Part shown: positions 57,253-64,000 of the stretch, one piece after another
How the letters are laid out: every line of letters begins with the position of its first letter
Position numbering within the stretch: the first letter of the stretch is position 1
Origin: a virus
Taxonomy: Duplodnaviria > Caudoviricetes
DNA: 64,000 nucleotides
Reading direction: 5' to 3' (one strand)
IMG/VR virus record: IMGVR_UViG_3300006874_000001
Location: 479 to 64,478 of that record
The notes under the pieces: model-generated
Told to the model about the DNA's origin: nothing
What the model saw: only the letters and a program-made list of their open reading frames with translations
The model's database searches: none
Made by a program: the position numbers and the translations under genes

Positions 57253-57882
57253 ATGAAACAATATGCAGTAATACACGGAGTCGCAGGACTTCACGAGGGC
57301 TACTCCGAGACCACTTGCGAGTTCTTCCCCAAGCGTTCATTCGCAGAGAAGCACATGAAGCAACTCATCGCAACCTTCCGAGAGGATGAGACGTGCGTTC
57401 ACATCAACGACATTCAGGGCGACTTCCTTGACGCAAGCGTAATTGGAGGTGCTGACCTGTCCATGACGAGATGGTGGGAAGATTACCATGCCTCCGTGCC
57501 CGCAGAGTTTGACCACGACGACTACATGGAATCTCGGTCTGACGACGTTTGGGTAGAGGTACTCCGAATCATCGAGCTTGATATGTCCAACCGCGACGCA
57601 AACACCGAGTCGTGTTGGCTCACGTGGGACCAACTCGAATGCAGACCTGCATGGGACTACACACCATTGTGCATGTCCTTAGTGGCTCGTGTAACATCTG
57701 ACGTCATGGACACTACAAGTGACGACCACCCTACCCAAGCTCTTCACAACCTTGCACAGCTCGGTGATTTTGTCTCGGCTGTGTACTACCGCAATCATGC
57801 CATCATCGACGTTGACGACTATGTGATGCACGCTTTCCGAATCCCCAAACCCAAAAACTCTGACAGCTATGACGCACAATGA
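57253..57882 (+). CDS. Early hypothetical protein
   Basis: 209-aa acidic ORF after P3. Confidence 0.7.
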   Translation: MKQYAVIHGVAGLHEGYSETTCEFFPKRSFAEKHMKQLIATFREDETCVHINDIQGDFLDASVIGGADLSMTRWWEDYHASVPAEFDHDDYMESRSDDVWVEVLRIIELDMSNRDANTESCWLTWDQLECRPAWDYTPLCMSLVARVTSDVMDTTSDDHPTQALHNLAQLGDFVSAVYYRNHAIIDVDDYVMHAFRIPKPKNSDSYDAQ

Positions 57883-58026
57883 AATGGTACGACGTGTGGT
57901 AGAAGCACGCATGAATCGAATGAACATACAGCAATGCCTCAAAGCACTTCGCAACTACATGATTACGGACTACGGAGGATGCGACATGGAAGAACTCCAT
58001 GAATTTTACCAAAAATACGCAGGATA

Positions 58027-58269
58027 ATGACGAAGAAAGAACGACTACGACAGCAGACTGAACTGCAATACGAGATGCAGAAGGCAGGTCTCAACCTTGT
58101 GGACTGCGGGAACTGCGGAAGCACCCTCATCCACGAGACAATGACGAGAGTCGGTGATATGTATGACATCACCTGCCCCTACTGCGAATACACATCAGAA
58201 CCATGCGACTTCCCTGACCACTTCCACGAGGGGTTCGAGGAGTCAGCAGAATTTCAAGACAATGAATAA
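58027..58269 (+). CDS. Early zinc-ribbon protein
   Basis: CGNCG...CPYC....PCDFPD. Confidence 0.7.
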   Translation: MTKKERLRQQTELQYEMQKAGLNLVDCGNCGSTLIHETMTRVGDMYDITCPYCEYTSEPCDFPDHFHEGFEESAEFQDNE

Positions 58270-58465
58270 CACAATCAACTTCACCGACGAGCAGAAGCAA
58301 GAGCTTGTCGAGCGTATCAGCGATGTGCTCAACGAGACAGGTGCATACTCCGCCCTGTACAAGCTACTCGTTGTCCGCGAAGAGGTGCTACTGCACACCG
58401 ACATGGAGAACCTTGCCGAAGAAATCGAAGAATTTATTTTCAACTTCACAAAAATCGAAGAGTAA
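58262..58465 (+). CDS. Early hypothetical protein
   Basis: ATG at 58262 overlaps the upstream stop. Confidence 0.55.
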   Translation: MNNTINFTDEQKQELVERISDVLNETGAYSALYKLLVVREEVLLHTDMENLAEEIEEFIFNFTKIEE

Positions 58466-58570
58466 TGACGAAGAAAGAAATCATCGAAGACCTCTGCCAC
58501 AAGGTGGCGGACATCAAGTACGACCTGCAAGTGGTACTCGACAAACTTTATCAACTAGAAAACGAAGACG

Positions 58571-58765
58571 ATGAGTAAATCAGCAGAAACAAGCACGATG
58601 CAAACCGTCATTTACAACGCAGCCATTGGCACACAGTTCATGGACATCATGGAGGACTACATGAAGCGTCAAGATGACGACCCAAACTTTGATGGGCATC
58701 ATGAGCTATACGATTTGTACCACGACCTTTCAACCCTTTATTTCAACAACAATGAAAATGACTGA
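58571..58765 (+). CDS. Early hypothetical protein
   Basis: 64-aa packed ORF. Confidence 0.55.
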   Translation: MSKSAETSTMQTVIYNAAIGTQFMDIMEDYMKRQDDDPNFDGHHELYDLYHDLSTLYFNNNEND

Positions 58766-58970
58766 CATCACAGACCGCATCATCAGCTACGAGATGGGCG
58801 ACATGAACGACGCGGAAACGCTCGAACTCTTCTCCGAACTCATCTCAAACAAGATGGCTTGGGGACTGCAGGGACACTACGGACGAACAGCCAACGCTCT
58901 CATCGAGGACGGGTGGATCGACTCGGACGGGACTATCACAGACAAAGCACACGACAACGACATTCTTTAA
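58758..58970 (+). CDS. Conserved small phage protein
   Basis: IISYE.G...LFSELI....WGLQGHYGRTA..LI..G motif. Confidence 0.7.
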   Translation: MTDITDRIISYEMGDMNDAETLELFSELISNKMAWGLQGHYGRTANALIEDGWIDSDGTITDKAHDNDIL

Positions 58971-58987
58971 TTCAAAATCCAAACATC

Positions 58988-59605
58988 ATGCAATCAGTAC
59001 AAGAATCCAAGCAAGAGCTTGAAGCGGCTATCCGCTACGCAGAGAACGCTATCTCCTCTGCCCAAGGCACCATCGAGTCGATGGAGTTTCGCCAAGAGAT
59101 GGCACAGAAGAACTACCAAGAGCAGACAGGGCGTGAAGAAGCGCTGACCAAGCAGGTGCAAGAGCTCGAATCCAAGGTGCAGGGTCAGTACGACGACATC
59201 GTCATGCTCGAACGTGAGGTTGCCAACCTCAAAGAGTGCCTCAAGATAGAGACGGCAGCACTTGAGCGCATTCGAGAGGACATCCCTACCATGCCCGTCA
59301 TCCCCAAGGCTGTTGCCATCGCCATCTTCCGTGAGGGTGTGGCACATGGTGTAGCCAACGCTTGCGATGAGATTGACAACGACGCTGGAATCAGCATCGA
59401 AGAGAGCGAATACGTTGGAGGGTTCGAGGTATCGTTCAGCCGACACATCGACCTCTCTGACCACCTCGACCTTGACTGGATGCGCGACAAGGTGGGTGAC
59501 TACGATGAAGCATCTGTCATTGAAGCCCTCAAGAACCTGTGTGCAGACAAGGAGTTCGAGTGCCGTATCCACGGGGTTGACGACCAAGAGCAAAAGGTTA
59601 ATTGA
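58988..59605 (+). CDS. Coiled-coil early protein
   Basis: ATG at 58988 after an A-rich leader; N-terminal coiled coil and acidic C-terminal domain. Confidence 0.7.
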   Translation: MQSVQESKQELEAAIRYAENAISSAQGTIESMEFRQEMAQKNYQEQTGREEALTKQVQELESKVQGQYDDIVMLEREVANLKECLKIETAALERIREDIPTMPVIPKAVAIAIFREGVAHGVANACDEIDNDAGISIEESEYVGGFEVSFSRHIDLSDHLDLDWMRDKVGDYDEASVIEALKNLCADKEFECRIHGVDDQEQKVN

Positions 59606-59662
59606 TGTTTGGCCTTGAGGGGCTTGTGTGACTGAAACGTCAGTCCGCCCCTCTTCACTTTC

Positions 59663-59734
59663 AAGGGAGCGCAGTCGGTGCGTACGTCTGAGTTGTAGGC
59701 AGACGGCAGTTGTGTTCGAATCCCAACCTCCCTT
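59663..59734 (+). ncRNA. Second aberrant tRNA-like RNA
   Basis: AAGGGAG/CTCCCTT acceptor, CGCA/TGCG arm, CGTCTG-9nt-CAGACG arm, GTTGTG-TTCGAAT-CCCAAC T-arm; no CCA. Confidence 0.6.
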
Positions 59735-59749
59735 CAATTCAATTCACAC

Positions 59750-60217
59750 ATGAACATTTTCTATTTACACGAAGACCCGCACGTTGCGGCCACCTACATG
59801 TACAACAAGCATGTAGTGAAGATGATTCTCGAATCAGCGCAGATGTTATGTACGGCGCACCACCACTATGGCAACCACGACGTGCCATACAAGAAGGCGC
59901 ACTACAACCATCCTAGCACAATTTGGGCAAGGTCTTCACGAAACCAATACTATTGGCTATACCTTCATATGATGGCCTTGGGTGACGAATACACGCGTCG
60001 CTACGGCAAGGTGCATAGCTCGATCGAAAAATGTGGTGAGGTGCTACGCTACGCTCCTGAAGATATGCCCAACCTTCCCTTCGAGCAACCGCCACAATGC
60101 ATGCCTGACGAGTACAAAGACCCGTGTAGCGTGACCGCGTACTGGAACTACTACATCGGGGATAAACACAACGTAGCTAACGCAGATGAGCAAATTAAAA
60201 CAGCCCACTTCACATGA
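59750..60217 (+). CDS. Pyrimidine-dimer DNA glycosylase (DenV/Pyr_excise)-like protein
   Basis: MNIFYL...KHVVKMILESAQML...HYNHPSTIW...EY..RYGKVH...PQCMPD. Confidence 0.8.
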   Translation: MNIFYLHEDPHVAATYMYNKHVVKMILESAQMLCTAHHHYGNHDVPYKKAHYNHPSTIWARSSRNQYYWLYLHMMALGDEYTRRYGKVHSSIEKCGEVLRYAPEDMPNLPFEQPPQCMPDEYKDPCSVTAYWNYYIGDKHNVANADEQIKTAHFT

Positions 60218-60337
60218 GTAGAGACCTTACTGAATTTCAAAAATTTCTAGAAACAATTTCAAACGACAAAAACACACACACACCACGAGCTCGACGTCGC
60301 AAGATGGAACGAGCAATCAAAAAGTACAACGTAAACA

Positions 60338-60823
60338 ATGGCAAAGTATCAACTGACAGAGAGAGCGAAACATGACCTAGCCGAGCTAGAAGCAGAGGTC
60401 AACAACATCATTGCTCAATGCACCGAAACCGAGGGTTTTGACTTGCGTACAACCGAGTCGAAGCGGTTGTATAGCACAGCAGTTCAGCTCATGTGCATGT
60501 TTGTGCGTGATTTCATGCATAGGTTCGAGCGACACCAACGGACTAGAGCCTTGGCTGAATGGTTCGGAAAGGACAGGACGACAATGCTCCACCACTTCAA
60601 GGGCGGAAACATCCGTCTTGAATCTGAAGAAGGCTTCAGGCACATGTACTCCATGCTCAGCTCGTTGGGAATCCAATGCACCACGGAGGGATGGATTAGA
60701 TCGCACGAGTTGCGAATCAGGTTTATCGACAGGCAGATTTCTATCCTAAAGGATAGGAGAAAGAAATTAGAAAAAAAACGCGAAAAAGGTTGCAAAATCA
60801 CCCTTGACGACCTATCTTTGTAA
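60338..60823 (+). CDS. DNA-binding protein with a DnaA domain IV-like HTH
   Basis: LAEWFGKDRTTMLH resembles the DnaA signature IG..FG.RDHTTV.H. Confidence 0.55.
   Translation: MAKYQLTERAKHDLAELEAEVNNIIAQCTETEGFDLRTTESKRLYSTAVQLMCMFVRDFMHRFERHQRTRALAEWFGKDRTTMLHHFKGGNIRLESEEGFRHMYSMLSSLGIQCTTEGWIRSHELRIRFIDRQISILKDRRKKLEKKREKGCKITLDDLSL
60790..60820 (+). promoter_or_regulatory. Sigma-A promoter of the recombination/replication operon
   Basis: TTG, 20 nt spacer, TATCTTTG; (CAATT)n leader before the ATG at 60843. Confidence 0.7.
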
Positions 60824-60842
60824 ACTCAATTCAATTCAATTC

Positions 60843-61397
60843 ATGTCTAATTATCAGTTCAAGACCACGAACATCCGTGGCAAGAAGTACGTCGAAGTGA
60901 ACGAACGTATCAAGTTCTTTCGGCAAGAAGCCCAGTACAAAAACTGGACCATCTCGACAGAGTTCCCTGTGATGGACTCCGAGATGTGTGTATGCAAATG
61001 CGTCGTTGCTGACGCAGAAAAGCGAGTAATCGCTACAGGTCACGCTCACGAGGAGCGTAGCTCATCTAACATCAACAAGACAAGCTATGTCGAAAACTGC
61101 GAAACATCCGCTGTCGGAAGAGCGCTGGCGATGCTCGGAATCGGAATCGACACGTCTATTGCGTCAGCTAATGAAGTCGAAGAGGCTATCGCAAAGCAGC
61201 AAGCCATCGTTGACAATCCTCAAGTTCAGAAGCTTGCCAAAGCGCTCGACGCACCGCTAGAGAACATCATGGATAAGGCCGTGGGTTACATCAAGTCCGC
61301 TACGGACAAGAAGAAAGCCTTCGACGCCATCATCAACAAGCACGGTGACCAACTCACCGAGAAGCAAGTATCAGGACTCAAAAAATTCGTACGATGA
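60843..61397 (+). CDS. Rad52/Sak-like single-strand annealing protein
   Basis: GKKYVEVNERI...ATGHAHE...ENCETSAVGRALAMLGIG. Confidence 0.7.
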   Translation: MSNYQFKTTNIRGKKYVEVNERIKFFRQEAQYKNWTISTEFPVMDSEMCVCKCVVADAEKRVIATGHAHEERSSSNINKTSYVENCETSAVGRALAMLGIGIDTSIASANEVEEAIAKQQAIVDNPQVQKLAKALDAPLENIMDKAVGYIKSATDKKKAFDAIINKHGDQLTEKQVSGLKKFVR

Positions 61398-61759
61398 AAA
61401 ACCTAACTAATTTCCAACAAGCTATCCTAGCGTCAGCATTTGTGTCGCTATGGATTTCACTCACCATGTGGTTCACTGGCAACGAGATGGTTGCCCTGTA
61501 TGTAGGCATGTGGACCCCGACAATCTTGTCCCTATCTCCGTTCTTCAAGGGCAAGGAGATGTCCAAGCGAAAGTATCGGATGAAGGCGCGAAATTCAGGC
61601 AAGAAGCCTGTAGGACGTCCTGTGGGCTGGCGCAAGCATGACAACGTAGCAAACCGCATCATCACGATGCGTCGCCGTGGGCACACGATCCGTGAAATCT
61701 CGGAGACGATGAACGTCCCCAAGTCAACCATCCACAACTACATCAAGCGTGGACACTAA
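61394..61759 (+). CDS. N-terminal TM segments fused to a C-terminal HTH
   Basis: Two hydrophobic segments, then GHTIREISETMNVPKSTIHNY. Confidence 0.6.
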   Translation: MKNLTNFQQAILASAFVSLWISLTMWFTGNEMVALYVGMWTPTILSLSPFFKGKEMSKRKYRMKARNSGKKPVGRPVGWRKHDNVANRIITMRRRGHTIREISETMNVPKSTIHNYIKRGH

Positions 61760-62519
61760 CATGCGGGAGCAACTAACGGAGAAGGTGGGCAAGCCTCACC
61801 TCTCCTACTCCTCCCTCAAGTACGCTCTTGGAGACATGAAGCTCTGGGAGATGTACATGCGGGGCCAGCTCAAGAAAGAGTCTGAAGCCTTGACTTTTGG
61901 GAGTTTGTATGACATGCTCTTGTTTGAACCAGAAAAAGCACATGACACTTACTATGTATTGGACGATAGCGACATTGTTGCTAGTATTGGGGGCAAGTAT
62001 CCTCGCAGTACGAAACGCTATAAAGAGTGGAAGGCCGAAGCGGTCGAAAACAACTCGAACAAAGAGCTGGCGAGCCAAGAAGACTGGAAGAAAGCGCAGG
62101 AGATGATTCAACGTCTCAAGGACTGTGGGCTTTACGACAAGAGATTTGCAGGTGGCAAGTATCAGGTGGAGTTCAACGTAGACCTTGACGGGGTTCCTCT
62201 CAAGGGATTTCTAGACTGTTTGCAAGGTGATAGTATCATTGATTCTAAGTCGTCTCGATCCATCGACAAGTTCAGGTACGACGTTAATAGCTTCAGCTAT
62301 GACATCCAAGCCTACGTCTACACCAAAGTGTTCGGCATCAAGGACTTCTATTGGGTAGTGCAAGAGAAAGCATTCCCCTTTTACCCTGCAGACGTCAAGT
62401 GTTCTGATGAGACGCTTTTCAGGGGAGAGATGAAGTTTCACGAAGCCTTGGAAAACATCAAAAACTGGCTTCAGAATGGAACGCCTACTGAAAAGCATTA
62501 CGCAGAGTTTATTGTATAA
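61749..62519 (+). CDS. PD-(D/E)XK exonuclease (RecE/ExoVIII-like)
   Basis: LSYSSLK, FGS...LFEP, KGFLD...IDSKS, YDIQAYVY. Confidence 0.8.
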   Translation: MDTNMREQLTEKVGKPHLSYSSLKYALGDMKLWEMYMRGQLKKESEALTFGSLYDMLLFEPEKAHDTYYVLDDSDIVASIGGKYPRSTKRYKEWKAEAVENNSNKELASQEDWKKAQEMIQRLKDCGLYDKRFAGGKYQVEFNVDLDGVPLKGFLDCLQGDSIIDSKSSRSIDKFRYDVNSFSYDIQAYVYTKVFGIKDFYWVVQEKAFPFYPADVKCSDETLFRGEMKFHEALENIKNWLQNGTPTEKHYAEFIV

Positions 62520-62615
62520 CCACACCATGAAGCTTTTGGCTACGGGATGTTTCATGGTATTAGTTTACGTAGTATCACTAATTCTTATTTCCAAAATCCT
62601 TAATTTATTTCTGTC

Positions 62616-62918
62616 ATGAGTGACACTAAGTATGATTCCGTACTCGTTGGGTACACCGAAGAGCCTCGCATGTACGAGGGAGAGCTTTCTTCTTGGAGCG
62701 TTCGCTTCAAAGACCACGAGCTCAAAGAGATGATTGAGAAGTACGCAACATCTCGCAATCAAGAAGGCCAAGGTGGCAACATCTACCTCACGCTTTTCAT
62801 GTCTAAAAACGGCAAACCTTGCTGTCGTGTGTTCGACCCGAACAGCGAAGCGGCCAAGGAGCGTCGCAACGCAAAGGCAGAAAAGTCAGAGGCTGAATCG
62901 GATGCCCTCCCGTTCTAA
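62616..62918 (+). CDS. Putative single-stranded DNA-binding protein
   Basis: Small beta-rich protein with an acidic tail ending DALPF. Confidence 0.6.
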   Translation: MSDTKYDSVLVGYTEEPRMYEGELSSWSVRFKDHELKEMIEKYATSRNQEGQGGNIYLTLFMSKNGKPCCRVFDPNSEAAKERRNAKAEKSEAESDALPF

Positions 62919-63198
62919 AGCCCCTATCTACCACATGTATGCTCGTGTCGCCTTCAAGAAACGGAAGGTAGTACACGAGCGTACTAAGTGGATTGTCTCG
63001 GTCTTCGACAACCCTCATGATATCATGACCTATGACTCCAAAACAATGACGAGGCTCCAAGATGAGCTCTACGGAAGCACAAAGTCAGAGAGACATGTCA
63101 TCATCAGGGAGGTCTTTGACCTTCAGAAGATTAGCGATTCAAACCTAACTATCGATGAACACAAGTCAGCGAATCAAAGAAAAGTGCAAGAGGCTTGA
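62902..63198 (+). CDS. Hypothetical protein
   Basis: Likely ATG at 62902 within track ORF 62734-63198. Confidence 0.55.
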   Translation: MPSRSKAPIYHMYARVAFKKRKVVHERTKWIVSVFDNPHDIMTYDSKTMTRLQDELYGSTKSERHVIIREVFDLQKISDSNLTIDEHKSANQRKVQEA

Positions 63199-63520
63199 AG
63201 AGCTTCTTCTGCATAAGAACGAAAAGTACGGGAACTCAGCACTTGAACCGCTGAACATTTTCTCGGAGGCAAATGCCGTAGCTGGTATCAAGGTAAGAAT
63301 TGACGACAAGCTGAAGCGCATACAGAACGCGGGGCTCGTAGACGAAACAGAAGACACACTCCAAGACCTTGCAGGGTACTTCATCCTGCTGATGATTGCA
63401 AAAGAAAATGAAAGTAACTCTATTCAAGAACGTATACGACAAGACCACCCCGCACCACGTGACGATGAAGACCGCTTTGCGTCGCATACAGGAGGGGAAA
63501 TCGAGTTCGGCTATATCTGA
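63155..63520 (+). CDS. Nucleotide-modification-associated domain 1 (DUF1599-like) protein
   Basis: KNEKYGNSA...VRIDDKLKRI...EDTLQDLAGY.IL. Confidence 0.75.
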   Translation: MNTSQRIKEKCKRLEELLLHKNEKYGNSALEPLNIFSEANAVAGIKVRIDDKLKRIQNAGLVDETEDTLQDLAGYFILLMIAKENESNSIQERIRQDHPAPRDDEDRFASHTGGEIEFGYI

Positions 63521-64000
63521 TGTCCGAAGTGGCAACAAACAGGCGAAACTCGGGCTACCAGTCGTATGCTTCAGCGGGGAGTTCTCTAAGAGGTCGGATG
63601 ATGCGCTTTTCGAGCATTCGGGATACATTATCCTCGACTTTGATCACGTTGATGTTGACGAGACCAAGAAGCATCTTGGCACGGACGATCATGTTTATTC
63701 ATGCTGGACGTCGCCGAGCGGAGACGGAATCAAGGCACTCGTCAAGATTACGAACCCTGAAAGGCACAGAGACCATTTCCGAGCGCTTGTAACATACTTC
63801 GACAAGCAGTACGGACTGCAGGTCGATGAGTCAGGAATTAACGAGTCTCGCGCATGTTTTGAGTCTTACGACCCAGACATCATCATCAAGGACGAGAGCA
63901 AGCCGTTTGGTGCGTTCATGTCTGAGATGGCTCAGCAACAGGTTCTAGTCACAGACAAGGGTCAGTACACAGACTACATGAAGCTCAACCTAGCGGCTCG
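63408..64000 (+). CDS. BT4734/VirE-N-like primase domain protein (3'-truncated, not in ORF track)
   Basis: MKVTLFKN...KLGLPVVCFSGEF...HSGYIILDFDH...WTSPSGDGIKALV...SRACFESYDP; open to the window end. Confidence 0.85.
   Translation, partial: MKVTLFKNVYDKTTPHHVTMKTALRRIQEGKSSSAISDVRSGNKQAKLGLPVVCFSGEFSKRSDDALFEHSGYIILDFDHVDVDETKKHLGTDDHVYSCWTSPSGDGIKALVKITNPERHRDHFRALVTYFDKQYGLQVDESGINESRACFESYDPDIIIKDESKPFGAFMSEMAQQQVLVTDKGQYTDYMKLNLAA

Noticed and set aside
55000-60300. Stop-codon reassignment, as in some crAss-like phages, to explain the short ORFs
   Set aside because: The short ORFs are chained by ATGA/TAATG overlaps, long genes are intact in code 11, and there is no suppressor tRNA.
62404-62440. 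CTGATGAG as a second hammerhead core
   Set aside because: It lies inside the exonuclease CDS with no stem II/GAAA/stem III arrangement.
63520-63792. Track ORF 63520-63792 as a real gene
   Set aside because: It overlaps, out of frame, the motif-rich primase ORF starting at 63408.

Overview
The window holds almost the whole genome of a lytic, crAss-like-architecture podovirus of a Bacteroidota host, probably a marine Flavobacteriales. Host evidence is TAnnTTTG promoters, T9SS sorting domains and signal peptides followed by Gln. A primase-like domain is cut off at the right edge and an SF4 helicase domain at the left edge, so the two ends probably join. The plus strand carries early and replication genes (55.0-64.0 kb, 0-3.9 kb): small hypothetical genes, a DenV-like glycosylase, a Rad52-like annealase, an exonuclease, SSB, primase/helicase, a resolvase and a class II RNR. 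The minus strand carries late genes (54.4 to 4.0 kb): internal proteins, M15 endolysin, GroES-like protein, TerL, portal, fibres, scaffold, MCP, ring proteins, a split muzzle protein, ejected proteins and a holin. No DNA or RNA polymerase, integrase or CRISPR array was recognised. Four features stand out: (1) two phage-encoded type IX secretion cargo proteins upstream of TerL; (2) a hammerhead ribozyme next to a tRNA-like RNA lacking a normal anticodon arm, plus a second aberrant tRNA-like element; (3) a SAM-lyase-like domain inside a 3274-aa ejected protein; (4) a muzzle gene split by about 930 aa of host-type adhesin modules. All family assignments come from reading motifs by eye; no searches were run.
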